A stretch of 60,570 nucleotides of DNA, counting the filler. It is 6 parts of 6 records of this genome, joined end to end, with 100 filler letters (N's around TTAATTAATTAA, not from the genome) between each part and the next. Parts side by side here need not be neighbours in the genome. Positions count along the whole stretch, not along the records: positions 24,257 to 32,663 come from DRR723986_13530; positions 32,764 to 40,544 come from DRR723986_13532; 4 more parts are not named here. The stretch is one strand, 5' to 3'. Below, piece after piece: positions 29,812 to 40,036 of this stretch; position 1 is the stretch's first letter, and each line of letters begins with the position of its first letter. The notes beneath the pieces were generated by a model. It was not told the DNA's origin. It worked only from the letters and a program-made list of their open reading frames with translations, and did no database searches. The translations under genes were made by a program, and so were the position numbers.

Positions 29812-30420
29812 ATGAAAAGACTGATCGCAGGAGTTGTTCTCGGAGTTGGCCTTACAGCGATGGCTCACGGGGCAGGAGATCCGGCAGCGGGTGAACAGAA
29901 CGCAGCAGTGTGTGCGGGCTGTCATGGACAGGGTGGTGCCAAGCCGGTAATGGCTGTGTATCCGAAACTGTCCGGTCTGGGCGAGAAATACCTGTACAAC
30001 CAGCTGGTTGACATCAAATCCGGGGATCGTGCCATTCCTGAAATGACGGGCCTGCTCAATGCCATGTCCGATCAGGATTTGCAGGATCTGGCTGCCTACT
30101 TCAACAGCCAGGAAATGGTTGTTGGTCAGGCCAATCCGGATCTGGTTGAGCAGGGTCAGGCACTGTACCGCGGCGGCAATATGGCCTCCGGTGTGCCGGC
30201 CTGTTCCGGTTGCCATAACCCCTCCGGCATTGGCAACGAGCCGGCAGGTTACCCTGCCTTGGGCGGGCAGACTGCAGAATATGTTATCAAGCAGTTGAAG
30301 GCTTACCGGGCGGGTGAGCGCGCCGGAGGCGCGAATGCCGGCATCATGATGGATGTTGCCTCCAAGCTGACAGACGCTGAGATTGAGGCGGTCGCCAGCT
30401 ACGTATCCGGCCTGAACTGA
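29812..30420 (+). CDS. di-heme cytochrome c4
   Basis: Signal peptide, CAGCH and CSGCH. GGAG RBS before ATG 29812. Confidence 0.93.
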   Translation: MKRLIAGVVLGVGLTAMAHGAGDPAAGEQNAAVCAGCHGQGGAKPVMAVYPKLSGLGEKYLYNQLVDIKSGDRAIPEMTGLLNAMSDQDLQDLAAYFNSQEMVVGQANPDLVEQGQALYRGGNMASGVPACSGCHNPSGIGNEPAGYPALGGQTAEYVIKQLKAYRAGERAGGANAGIMMDVASKLTDAEIEAVASYVSGLN

Positions 30421-30443
30421 TCGACAGCCGTCAGTTACGACTG

Positions 30444-30468
30444 AAAACCCCGCCTCGGCGGGGTTTTT
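30444..30468 (+). terminator. intrinsic terminator
   Basis: AAAACCCCGCC-TC-GGCGGGGTTTTT. Confidence 0.85.
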
Positions 30469-30591
30469 GATATCCGGTATTCATAATACCTAACCGTTCG
30501 GTAACGCATTCCTTTGGCCCTCCGGTGGAACTTTTTCGCATCCCCGGGTCATAATCCTCGTTAAAATTCATTGATGGCTCGGAGATTCCCG

Positions 30592-31230
30592 ATGATCAGA
30601 ACCCTGACGTCTTCCGCCGTTCTGGCACTTTCACTGTTGTCTGCCGCTTCCCTGGTCAATGCCCAGCCCTGGGTGGCCGGAGAGCATTACCGGGTACTGG
30701 ATAATCCGGTAAGAACGGCATCGGATAACGGTGTCGAAGTGGCGGAAGTCTTCTGGTACGGCTGTCCGCACTGCTACAACTTCAAGCCGCTGGCTGAAGC
30801 CTGGGAAGCGGAGGCTCCGGACTACATCAACTATGTGAAGCTGCCAGCGGCACTGGGCCGCAGCTGGGAGCCGCATGCCTACGCATTCTATGCCCTTGAG
30901 GCGATGGGCGAGCTGGACAAGGTGCATGACGCGCTGTTTGATGCCCTAGCCGGAGAGCGCCGTCCCCTCAATACCCCGGAAGCTCTGGCTGATTTTGTTG
31001 CCGGGTATGGCGTGAACGCCGAGAAGTTTCTGGAAAACTACAACAGTTTCGGGGTGCGTGCCAGAGTGCAGCAGGCCCAGGCCAAGATTCGTGGCGCGCG
31101 CATTACCGGTACACCGACTATGCTGGTTGATGGCAAGTACGTGGTAAGTGCCTCCATGGCGGGTAGTCACGAAAACACCCTGAAGGTGGTCGAGTATCTG
31201 GCGGAAAAAGAGCGCAGCGGGTCTGAGTAA
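30592..31230 (+). CDS. dsbA: thiol:disulfide interchange protein
   Basis: FWYGCPHC, GTPT cis-Pro loop, signal peptide. Confidence 0.93.
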   Translation: MIRTLTSSAVLALSLLSAASLVNAQPWVAGEHYRVLDNPVRTASDNGVEVAEVFWYGCPHCYNFKPLAEAWEAEAPDYINYVKLPAALGRSWEPHAYAFYALEAMGELDKVHDALFDALAGERRPLNTPEALADFVAGYGVNAEKFLENYNSFGVRARVQQAQAKIRGARITGTPTMLVDGKYVVSASMAGSHENTLKVVEYLAEKERSGSE

Positions 31231-31284
31231 GGCGCCATGCGGTTCGCCGGACGCTGGATGGGCTGACCGGAGAAGCGGCTGATA

Positions 31285-32145
31285 ATGTACAAGCGAATCC
31301 GTAACCAGCTGAACGGTATACTCAGAAACCAGGAAAGCTCCCGGGGCACTTGTTCCGGGAGCGAGCATGTGCCGGAGTTTGAAGCTCACCGGCACATCCG
31401 GCTACTGACTTTCAATATTCAGGTTGGTATCAACACTTCGTCCTATCACCATTACCTGACCCGCAGCTGGCAGCATTTTCTGCCCAATCGCCGGCGCTAC
31501 GAAAACCTGGATCGGATTGCCACCCTGCTCAGTCAGTATGATGTGGTTGCCCTGCAGGAGTGTGATGGCGGCAGTCTCCGCAGTGGTTACATCAATCAGG
31601 TGCAATACCTGGCCGAGGCGGCCGGGATTCCTTACTGGTATCAGCAATTAAATCGTAACCTCGGCCAGATTGCCCAGCACAGTAATGGCCTGTTGAGCCG
31701 TTTCCGCCCGCTGGATGTCACTGAACACAAGTTGCCGGGACTGATTCCCGGGCGTGGCGCCATCATTGCGCGCTACGGGGATGAGGAAGACCCGCTGGTA
31801 CTGGTGCTGATGCATCTCTCTCTCAGCAAGTCGGCCCAGCAGAAGCAGCTTGGATTTATCCGCGAGCAGATTGCGAGCTATCGGCATGTGGTGCTCATGG
31901 GGGACATGAATGCCCATGCAGAGCAGTTGCTGACACGAACACCGCTGAAAGAAACCGATCTGATTCCGCTGCCCGACACCGCGCACAGCTTCCCGAGCTG
32001 GCGCCCGGAAAAGGCGCTTGACCATATTCTTGTCAGTCCCTCTCTGGAAATCCGGCGATCTGAAGTGGTGAGCTATCCGGTTTCCGACCACCTTCCCATT
32101 GCCATGGATGTGGCGCTGCCCAAAGGCTATCTGGAAACATTCTGA
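31285..32145 (+). CDS. endonuclease/exonuclease/phosphatase family protein
   Basis: LTFNI, ALQE, GDMN, LDHI and SDHLP motifs. Confidence 0.9.
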   Translation: MYKRIRNQLNGILRNQESSRGTCSGSEHVPEFEAHRHIRLLTFNIQVGINTSSYHHYLTRSWQHFLPNRRRYENLDRIATLLSQYDVVALQECDGGSLRSGYINQVQYLAEAAGIPYWYQQLNRNLGQIAQHSNGLLSRFRPLDVTEHKLPGLIPGRGAIIARYGDEEDPLVLVLMHLSLSKSAQQKQLGFIREQIASYRHVVLMGDMNAHAEQLLTRTPLKETDLIPLPDTAHSFPSWRPEKALDHILVSPSLEIRRSEVVSYPVSDHLPIAMDVALPKGYLETF

Positions 32146-32170
32146 GTCTTGTCTGATGCGTCCAGGCAAT

Positions 32171-32198
32171 AAAAAACCCGGCAGATGCCGGGTTTTTT
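32171..32198. terminator. bidirectional intrinsic terminator
   Basis: AAAAAACCCGGCA-GA-TGCCGGGTTTTTT. Confidence 0.9.
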
Positions 32199-32214
32199 GT
32201 GGAGGCAGGATCAA

Positions 32215-32370
32215 TTACTTGATCTTGGCTTCCTTGTACGCAACGTGCTTACGGACAACCGGATCATACTTTTTGATCTCGATTTTTTCCGGGGTGTTAC
32301 GCTTGTTCTTTTTGGTCGTGTAGAAGTGACCAGTGCCTGCTGAAGATACCAGCTTGATTTTCTCGCGCAT
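32215..32370 (-). CDS. rpmG: 50S ribosomal protein L33
   Basis: Manual translation [51 protein letters not shown] (51 aa, below the ORF-track cutoff). Confidence 0.97.
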   Translation of the reverse strand: MREKIKLVSSAGTGHFYTTKKNKRNTPEKIEIKKYDPVVRKHVAYKEAKIK

Positions 32371-32381
32371 GATGCGGCTCC

Positions 32382-32618
32382 TTAAACTTTCTCGCCGCGG
32401 GCACGAAGATCGGCCAGCACAGCGTCAATGCCTTTTTTGTCGATGATGCGCATGCCCTTGGTGGAAACGCGCAGCTTCACGAAACGCTTCTCGGACTCAA
32501 CCCAGAAACGGTGGTTCTGCAGATTCGGCAGAAAACGACGACGAGTGTGGTTCATCGCGTGGGAAACGTTGTTACCGGTAACCGGACGCTTACCGGTAAC
32601 CTGACAAACTCTGGACAT
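32382..32618 (-). CDS. rpmB: 50S ribosomal protein L28
   Basis: [33 protein letters not shown]. Confidence 0.97.
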   Translation of the reverse strand: MSRVCQVTGKRPVTGNNVSHAMNHTRRRFLPNLQNHRFWVESEKRFVKLRVSTKGMRIIDKKGIDAVLADLRARGEKV

Positions 32619-32663
32619 ACTTGCCTCCGACCTGAGCAATGGTCTCTATCAATACGAATTCGT

Positions 32664-32763
32664 NNNNNNNNNNNNNNNNNNNNNNNNNNNNNNNNNNNNN
32701 NNNNNNNTTAATTAATTAANNNNNNNNNNNNNNNNNNNNNNNNNNNNNNNNNNNNNNNNNNNN
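32664..32763. other. artificial contig spacer
   Basis: 44 N + TTAATTAATTAA + 44 N. Confidence 0.99.
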
Positions 32764-33133
32764 GCGCATGGTCACCATCAATGTCTGGGACAAGTCGATG
32801 GTGAACAAGGTGGAAAAGGCCATTCGCGAAAGCGGCCTTGGCATCAATCCGCAGATGAACGGCACCATCATCATGCTGCCGATCCCGGAATTGAACGAGG
32901 AACGCCGCCGGGAACTGACCAAGGTGGCAGGCAACTATGCCGAACACGCCCGCGTTGCGATCCGCAATGTGCGCCGCGACGGCATGGATCAGATCAAGAA
33001 GGCCAAGGCCGACGGTATGTCCGAGGATGACCAGAAGCTGTGGGAGGCCGAGGTTCAGGATCTGACCGACGCCCATATCGCCAAGGTCGATGCCTCGCTG
33101 GCGACGAAACAGGAAGAGATCATGCAGGTCTGA
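32764..33133 (+). CDS. frr: ribosome recycling factor (5' truncated)
   Basis: [17 protein letters not shown] and AIRNVRRD motifs. Confidence 0.95.
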
Positions 33134-33165
33134 GGGCCTGTGTGATCGCCCGGTGGGGAAGGCCG

Positions 33166-33891
33166 ATGGCCCCGAAGGACCAATCCAGCGACACCCCGCG
33201 TCATGTTGCGATCATCATGGATGGCAACGGACGGTGGGCCAAACAGCGCGGTCGCCCGCGTCTGGTCGGCCACCATGCCGGTGCGCGCCGCGTCCAGGAG
33301 ATTGTCGAAGCCTGCACGCCCATGGGCGTCAAATACCTGACGATCTTTGCCTTCTCGACCGAGAACTGGAAACGCACCCAGACCGAGGTTGCCGGGCTGA
33401 TGCGTCTGTTCAAGCGCTTCATCACCAACAAGGCGCAGGAACTGCATGACAAGAATGTCAGGGTTCGCTTCATCGGCGACCGGGTCCGGCTGGAACCGCG
33501 TCTTCAGGATATGATGGACAATCTGGAACTGCTGACCGCCGGAAATTCAGGGGTGAACCTGACCATTGCCCTGAATTACGGTGGCCGGGACGAGGTGGCG
33601 CGCGCCACCAAGCGGCTGGCCCAGGATGTGGCCTCTGGCAAGCTGCGGCCAGAGGACGTGGATGGCGAAACCCTGCCGCGTTACCTGGATACCTGCTATC
33701 TGCCCGACCCCGATCTGGTGATCCGCACCTCGGGCGAGGCGCGCATCTCCAACTTCCTGCTCTGGCAGTCGGCCTATGCCGAATATGAATTCATCGACAC
33801 GCTCTGGCCCGACTTCTCGGACGAAGAGTTTGCCAAGGTTCTGGCCCGCTACGGCCAGCGCGACCGCCGCTTCGGTGCGGTGAAGGCATGA
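33166..33891 (+). CDS. uppS: undecaprenyl diphosphate synthase
   Basis: HVAIIMDGNGRWA, FSTENWKR and IRTSGEARISNFLLWQ motifs. Confidence 0.96.
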   Translation: MAPKDQSSDTPRHVAIIMDGNGRWAKQRGRPRLVGHHAGARRVQEIVEACTPMGVKYLTIFAFSTENWKRTQTEVAGLMRLFKRFITNKAQELHDKNVRVRFIGDRVRLEPRLQDMMDNLELLTAGNSGVNLTIALNYGGRDEVARATKRLAQDVASGKLRPEDVDGETLPRYLDTCYLPDPDLVIRTSGEARISNFLLWQSAYAEYEFIDTLWPDFSDEEFAKVLARYGQRDRRFGAVKA

Positions 33892-34709
33892 GCGGCGCGG
33901 GCAAATGGGGCGATCTGGGGCCGCGCGTGGCCTCTGGCATCGCATTGGCGGCGGTTGGATTCGGGCTGATCTACGTGGGTGGCTATCCGCTGCTTATCGG
34001 CTTGGTGGCGCTTGGCGGTTTCGGCATCTGGGAACTGCATCGCCTGCTTGGCGGTGACGCACCGGTTCGCGCCGGTGGGTTGGCGGCCACGGCGATCTTT
34101 GCGACCTGTTTTGCCCAGATATTCACCTTTGCCACCGGCGAAGGCTTTCTCGATTCCATTTATCTGACGCCTTGGATCGTTCCGTTTCTGGGGCTGGCCA
34201 TCTGGGGTGGTGTGCAGAATGTCGAGGCGCAGAACCGCTGGATTTTCGTGCTCTACGGCATGTTCTTCCTCTTTGCAGTCGCGGGCATGTTCTATTTGCG
34301 GATCATGTACGGTCTGATCTTCGTGGCGTTCCTTGTGGGCGTTGTGGTCGCGACCGATATCGCGGGGTATTTCGCGGGGCGTATCATCGGCGGGCCGAAA
34401 TTCTGGCCGCAGGTCAGCCCCAAGAAAACATGGTCCGGCACCATCGCAGGCTGGATTGCCTCTGCTGCCGTGGCCTGGGGGCTGCTCGGGTTCGAACCCC
34501 TCATGGTCCTGCTGATCGCACCGCTTCTGTCGCTGGCGTCGCAGATGGGCGATGTGGTGGAAAGCGCGATCAAGCGGCATGTGGGGGTCAAGGACGCCTC
34601 GAACCTTATTCCCGGTCACGGCGGTGTGCTGGACCGGTTTGACGGAATGACCGGCGCAGGGGCCGTTGCGACGCTGGCCATGGCAACGGTCGGGGGCCTG
34701 TTGATGTGA
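33888..34709 (+). CDS. cdsA: phosphatidate cytidylyltransferase
   Basis: SPKKTWSG and ESAIKRHVGVKDASNLIPGHGGVLDRFD motifs. Confidence 0.95.
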   Translation: MSGAGKWGDLGPRVASGIALAAVGFGLIYVGGYPLLIGLVALGGFGIWELHRLLGGDAPVRAGGLAATAIFATCFAQIFTFATGEGFLDSIYLTPWIVPFLGLAIWGGVQNVEAQNRWIFVLYGMFFLFAVAGMFYLRIMYGLIFVAFLVGVVVATDIAGYFAGRIIGGPKFWPQVSPKKTWSGTIAGWIASAAVAWGLLGFEPLMVLLIAPLLSLASQMGDVVESAIKRHVGVKDASNLIPGHGGVLDRFDGMTGAGAVATLAMATVGGLLM

Positions 34710-35890
34710 GCCGGTCGGTCAGCATCTTCGGCGCCACCGGATCCGTCGGGCAAAGCACGCTCGACCTTATCCGGCGCGACCGTAGGGGCTATCGTGTCGT
34801 GGCACTGACAGGCGGGCGCAACGTCGCGCAGCTGGCTGCTGATGCGCGGGAATTCAACGCCGAGATTGCTGTCACCTGTTTTGACGACTGCCTGCCTGCA
34901 TTGCGTGATGCGCTGGCGGGTACAGGCATTGCCGTGGCCGCAGGTGCCGAGGCGCTGATCGAGGCCGCCGACCGGCCCGCCGACTGGACCATGTCGGCGA
35001 TTGTTGGCGCGGCAGGCTTGGCACCGGGGTTTCACGCGCTTCGCCATGGGCGCACCTTGGCATTGGCCAACAAGGAAAGCCTTGTGACGGCCGGGCCGCT
35101 TCTGATGGCAGAGGCCCGCGCCCATGGTGCCCGCATCCTGCCCGTGGACAGCGAACATTCCGCGGTGTTTCAGGCCCTCGTGGGCGAGGATATGGCCGCT
35201 GTCGAACGGGTCATTATCACCGCCTCGGGCGGCGCGCTGCGGGATTGGCCGCTGGATACACTGCGCGAGGCCACCGTTGCCGACGCCTGCGCGCATCCCA
35301 ATTGGGACATGGGGCAGCGGATCACCATCGACAGTGCCTCGATGTTCAACAAGGCGCTGGAGCTGATCGAAACACGAGAATTCTTTGGCATCGCGCCCGA
35401 CAAGATCGACACCGTCATTCACCCGCAAAGCATCGTGCATGCGCTCGTGGGGTTCAATGACGGGGCGCTGATGGCCCATCTTGGCGCGCCCGACATGCGC
35501 CACGCCATCGGCTATGCTTTGCACTGGCCCGAGAGGCGCGATTTGCCGGTCGAACGGATTGATCTTGCCAAGCTCGCGACGCTTGAATTCCGTACTGCCG
35601 ATGAAACCCGCTTTCCGGCGCTTCGCCTGGCGCGGCAGGTCATGGCGACGGGTGGTGGGGCAGGGGCTGTGTTCAATGCCGCCAAGGAAGTGGCGCTCGA
35701 TCATTTTATCGCCGGGCGGATCCGGTTTACCGACATGGCCGGGCTGGTTGAGGCGACACTTGACGCGATGTCGCGCGAAATTCGCCTTACCGATGCCATG
35801 GACAGCCTTGAGACAGTGCAGCAAACCGACCATCTGACACGGATCCGGGCAGAAGACCTGGCAAGATCCAGACAGGAGCAGACCGCGTGA
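34706..35890 (+). CDS. dxr: 1-deoxy-D-xylulose-5-phosphate reductoisomerase
   Basis: GATGSVG, LANKESL, PVDSEH and HPNWDMGQRITIDSA motifs. Confidence 0.96.
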   Translation: MSRSVSIFGATGSVGQSTLDLIRRDRRGYRVVALTGGRNVAQLAADAREFNAEIAVTCFDDCLPALRDALAGTGIAVAAGAEALIEAADRPADWTMSAIVGAAGLAPGFHALRHGRTLALANKESLVTAGPLLMAEARAHGARILPVDSEHSAVFQALVGEDMAAVERVIITASGGALRDWPLDTLREATVADACAHPNWDMGQRITIDSASMFNKALELIETREFFGIAPDKIDTVIHPQSIVHALVGFNDGALMAHLGAPDMRHAIGYALHWPERRDLPVERIDLAKLATLEFRTADETRFPALRLARQVMATGGGAGAVFNAAKEVALDHFIAGRIRFTDMAGLVEATLDAMSREIRLTDAMDSLETVQQTDHLTRIRAEDLARSRQEQTA

Positions 35891-37218
35891 CCGACCTTAT
35901 CCCCACCTTCGGTGGCTTTGCCTTTACCCTACTGGCCTTCGTGGCGGCGTTGTCGATCATCGTCGCGATCCATGAATACGGCCATTACATCGTGGGGCGG
36001 TGGTCTGGCATCCATGCCGAGGTGTTCTCGCTCGGCTTCGGTCCGGTGCTGTTTTCGCGGGTGGACCGGCATGGCACCAAGTGGCAGGTCGCGGCGCTGC
36101 CCTTTGGCGGATACGTAAAATTTCTGGGCGATGCGGATGCGGCGTCGGGCAAGGATGCGGCGGCAGTCGATGCGCTGGACGCAGAGGAACGCCGCCGATC
36201 CATGCACGGCGCACCGCTTTGGGCGCGCGCGGCCACCGTGGCTGCGGGACCGGTGTTCAACTTCATCCTGTCGATTGCCATCTTCGCGGGGGTAATGATG
36301 CTTGCTGGACAGGCATCCGAGGATCCGGTTGTCGGCGATCTGCGTCCCATGCCGTCCGAGATGCAGCTGTTGCAGCAAGGCGACCGGATTGTTTCGATTG
36401 CCGGGGAACCGGTCGAAACCCTCGCCGATGTGTTCGGTCTTGGCCGCACGCTCGATCCGGCAGCGGCGCTGAGCTATGAAATCGTCCGCGACGGCTCCGC
36501 GATGAACGTCGAGGCCAACTTCCCGCTGATTCCGGTTGTGGACAGCGTGACACCGCGCTCGGCCGCGATGGATGCCGGGCTGGAACGCGGTGACGTGATC
36601 CGCACGATCAACGGCGATCCCGTCTATGCGTTCGAACAGCTGCGGACTGCGGTGGAAGCGTCGGAAGGCGCGGATCTGGCGCTGGAGGTCTGGCGCGATG
36701 GCGAAATGATCGACATCACCCTTGCCCCGCGCCGAATGGATCTGCCGTCACCCGAGGGTGGTTTTGAAACCCGTTGGCTGATCGGCGTCACGGGCGGGTT
36801 GTTCTTCGATCCCGAGATCACCCGAGTCGGCTTCGGCGCGGCCATCACCGGCGGTGCAGAGACGGTAGTGAACGTGATCCAGACATCGCTGTCGGGGCTT
36901 TGGCACATGATCACCGGCGCGATTTCCAGCTGCAACCTGCAAGGGCCGATCGGAATCGCGGAAACCTCGGGGGCGGCCGCCAGTCAGGGGCTTGAAAGCT
37001 TCTTCTGGTTCGTCGCGGTGCTGTCCACGGCGGTTGGTCTGCTGAACCTGTTTCCAATCCCGGTCCTGGATGGCGGCCACCTGCTGTTTCACGCGTTCGA
37101 GGCTGTTGCGGGCCGCCCGCCGTCGGACAAGGCGATGCGGGTCTTCATGACCGTGGGGCTGACCCTGATCCTGTCCCTGATGCTGTTTGCCCTGACAAAT
37201 GACCTGTTCTGCCCGTAA
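35887..37218 (+). CDS. rseP: RIP metalloprotease RseP
   Basis: HEYGH, two PDZ domains, NLFPIPVLDGGH. Confidence 0.95.
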   Translation: MTDLIPTFGGFAFTLLAFVAALSIIVAIHEYGHYIVGRWSGIHAEVFSLGFGPVLFSRVDRHGTKWQVAALPFGGYVKFLGDADAASGKDAAAVDALDAEERRRSMHGAPLWARAATVAAGPVFNFILSIAIFAGVMMLAGQASEDPVVGDLRPMPSEMQLLQQGDRIVSIAGEPVETLADVFGLGRTLDPAAALSYEIVRDGSAMNVEANFPLIPVVDSVTPRSAAMDAGLERGDVIRTINGDPVYAFEQLRTAVEASEGADLALEVWRDGEMIDITLAPRRMDLPSPEGGFETRWLIGVTGGLFFDPEITRVGFGAAITGGAETVVNVIQTSLSGLWHMITGAISSCNLQGPIGIAETSGAAASQGLESFFWFVAVLSTAVGLLNLFPIPVLDGGHLLFHAFEAVAGRPPSDKAMRVFMTVGLTLILSLMLFALTNDLFCP

Positions 37219-37374
37219 GGCGCGGGGCGGGACAGGCTGTCGCAGGCAAATTTCGATAAAAGCCTAACAATTCGCAAAAGCGTCAAGGCCACGTCAAATT
37301 CCCGCCCTATTTGGGAACGACTCTCGGAGATGCAAAAGGGCAATCTGCCCACAGGCAAAACCGAGGCGAGACCC

Positions 37375-37500
37375 ATGAGAATGATCAGCGACAGCTACCG
37401 CAGCTTCAGCTTCTTCGTAGAAGTGAATATCGACCGTTTCCTTGTGCCGGTCATGATCGTCGGCGCGCTTACCGTGGCCGGATGGCTGGTAACGCTCTGA
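37375..37500 (+). CDS. 41-aa small membrane protein
   Basis: GAGG RBS. MRMISDSYRSFSFFVEVNIDRFLVPVMIVGALTVAGWLVTL with a C-terminal TM helix. Confidence 0.6.
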   Translation: MRMISDSYRSFSFFVEVNIDRFLVPVMIVGALTVAGWLVTL

Positions 37501-37644
37501 TTTGGAACCCGCTTGGGCTCCACAGTTCGATTGCGATCTGAAAACCGGCGGTTTCATGGCTGCCGGTTTGGCGTTTGACACCCGAAAAATTGTATATCTT
37601 GTGCCACGGTCGGGAAATACTCCTACACTGTGGGTTAACGCGTT

Positions 37645-37673
37645 TTGACAAGCCCATCCCCGCGCGATAGAGC
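37645..37673 (+). promoter_or_regulatory. sigma70-type promoter for bamA
   Basis: TTGACA-N17-TAGAGC. Confidence 0.5.
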
Positions 37674-37708
37674 TTCCATGTGCTTAGATACTTGGCGGGG
37701 CGGATTCG

Positions 37709-40027
37709 ATGGATGTGAAAACGGGTTTTTCCGGTAGATTCAGGCGTTTTGCCGCCGTTATTGCCGTGTTTATGGCGGGGCTGATTCTGCTGCCGGGCGA
37801 TGCCAACGCGCAAACCTACCGATTCACCTCTTTCGCGGTCGAAGGAAATGACCGTGTCGATCCCGCAACGATCCTCGCATTCCTGGCCATCGAGCCCGGG
37901 GAAACCCTGACTGCGGCACAACTGAACGATGCGTATCAGCGGCTGCAAAACTCCGGGCTTTTTGAAAGCGTTGAACTCGATCCGCGCGGGGCGCGTCTCG
38001 TGGCGATCGTGCAGGAATATCCGACGATCAACCGCATCAACATCGAAGGAAACCGGCGGCTGGAAGATGACATGCTTATGACGGTCGTCTCGTCTCAGCC
38101 GCGGCGCGTCTACTCGCCCTCTCAGGCCGAGCAAGACGCTGCGAATATCACTGAGGCCTACCGTTTGCAGGGACGCCTGACCGCGACCGTGACCCCGGTC
38201 ATCATCCGTCGCGACGAAAACCGTGTTGATCTGGTGTTCGAAGTGACCGAAGGCCGCGTCGTCGAAACCGAGCGCATCACATTTGTTGGCAACCGCGATT
38301 TCAGTGATCGTCGCCTGCGTCGCATCCTGGAAAGCACCCAGGCCGGTATCTTCCGGCAGCTGATCGGGTCCGACACCTTTGTCGCCGACCGCGTTGCCTT
38401 CGACCAGCAGCTGCTGACCGATTTCTATCGCGACCGGGGTTACATTGACTTTTCGGTCCAGAGCGTGACGTCGGAACTGGCACGAGAGCGGAACGCCTAT
38501 TTCATCACCTTCAACATCCGTGAAGGGCAGAGCTTTTCGTTCGGGGAAATCACCACGGTCAGCGAAATCGCCGATGTGGACCCCGAAGCGTTTCAGGACT
38601 CGATCCGTGTGCGCCCCGGTGTCACCTATTCACCGCGTCTGGTGGACAACACCATTACCCGGATGGAAAACCTTGCCTCGTCCATGGGGCTGCGGTTTGT
38701 GCGGGTCGAACCGCGCGTCACCCGCAACGATAGCGACCTGACGCTGGATATCGAGTTTGTCATCACCCGTGGCGATCGTGTCTTCGTCGAACGCATCGAC
38801 ATCGAAGGCAACGCCACCACGCTCGACCGTGTGATCCGCCGCCAGTTCCGCAGCGCCGAGGGCGACCCGCTGGACCCGCGTGAGATCCGCCAGAGCGCCG
38901 AGCGTATCCGTGCCCTTGGCTTCTTCTCGGACGCCCAGGTTCAAAGCCGCCCGGGATCGACACCCGATCAGATCATTCTTGATGTGGATGTGGTGGAACA
39001 GCCCACGGGGTCGCTTGGCTTCGGTGTGAACTTTGCGACCGATACAGGTGTAGGGCTTGCAATCAACTTCTCGGAACGCAACTTCCTTGGCCGGGGTCAG
39101 GCGCTGCGGTTCGGCTTCGATACGTCAGAAGGATCGCGCAGCTTCAACTTCTCGTTCACTGAACCTGCATTCCTTGGGCGCGACTTGCAGCTTGGCCTGG
39201 CAGCTTACTACACCACCACTACGCAGCAGAACGCCACCTACAACACCCGCAGTATCGGTTTCAGCCCGACGATCGCTTTCCCGTTGACGGAAAACAGCCG
39301 GTTGGCGCTGAACTACCGGATTTCCGAGGATGGCATTTTCGATGTGCCGGTTGCATCTTCGGCGGTCCTGCAAAGTGAGGAAGGGTCGCGTCTGACGTCC
39401 TCGGTCGGCTACACCTATGTCTACAGCACACGTGGCACCGGCCTGAATCCAAGCGCTGGCGTCAGCTTCAGCTTTGGTCAGGAATTCGCGGGGCTTGGCG
39501 GAGACAACGAGTATATCCGCACGACGGCGGCCATGGTGGCGGAAACGACGATCATGCGCGAAGAGGTTTCGTTGCGGGCCACGGTCGAGGGCGGTGCCCT
39601 GAACATGCTGTCCGGTAACAGCCGCCGTATTGATCGCTTCGGCCTCACCTCGCGTCAGCTGCGCGGCTTTGAAGGCAATGGTGTCGGCCCTCGGGATCTG
39701 ACCGATGCCGGCACTGCGGCGGATGCGCTTGGTGGTAACTACTACTTCGCGGCCCGTTTCGAGACGGCGTTCCCGATCGGCCTGCCCGAGGAATATGGCA
39801 TCACCGGTGGTCTCTTCTATGACATCGGCTCTGTCTGGGGGCTCGACAACACGGCGGGAACCGGCGGTCCGGTTGATGACGACATGTATATCCGTCAGTC
39901 GGTTGGCTTCTCGATCTTCTGGGATACCCAGATCGGTCCGCTGCGCTTCAACTTCAGCCATGTACTGGACGCCCAGGAATACGACCAGACCCGCAGCTTT
40001 GACTTCACTGTCGAAGCCCGGTTCTGA
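37709..40027 (+). CDS. bamA: outer membrane protein assembly factor
   Basis: POTRA repeats, LRGF motif, GPLRFNF, C-terminal Phe. Confidence 0.96.
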   Translation: MDVKTGFSGRFRRFAAVIAVFMAGLILLPGDANAQTYRFTSFAVEGNDRVDPATILAFLAIEPGETLTAAQLNDAYQRLQNSGLFESVELDPRGARLVAIVQEYPTINRINIEGNRRLEDDMLMTVVSSQPRRVYSPSQAEQDAANITEAYRLQGRLTATVTPVIIRRDENRVDLVFEVTEGRVVETERITFVGNRDFSDRRLRRILESTQAGIFRQLIGSDTFVADRVAFDQQLLTDFYRDRGYIDFSVQSVTSELARERNAYFITFNIREGQSFSFGEITTVSEIADVDPEAFQDSIRVRPGVTYSPRLVDNTITRMENLASSMGLRFVRVEPRVTRNDSDLTLDIEFVITRGDRVFVERIDIEGNATTLDRVIRRQFRSAEGDPLDPREIRQSAERIRALGFFSDAQVQSRPGSTPDQIILDVDVVEQPTGSLGFGVNFATDTGVGLAINFSERNFLGRGQALRFGFDTSEGSRSFNFSFTEPAFLGRDLQLGLAAYYTTTTQQNATYNTRSIGFSPTIAFPLTENSRLALNYRISEDGIFDVPVASSAVLQSEEGSRLTSSVGYTYVYSTRGTGLNPSAGVSFSFGQEFAGLGGDNEYIRTTAAMVAETTIMREEVSLRATVEGGALNMLSGNSRRIDRFGLTSRQLRGFEGNGVGPRDLTDAGTAADALGGNYYFAARFETAFPIGLPEEYGITGGLFYDIGSVWGLDNTAGTGGPVDDDMYIRQSVGFSIFWDTQIGPLRFNFSHVLDAQEYDQTRSFDFTVEARF

Positions 40028-40036
40028 CGGCGGGCC

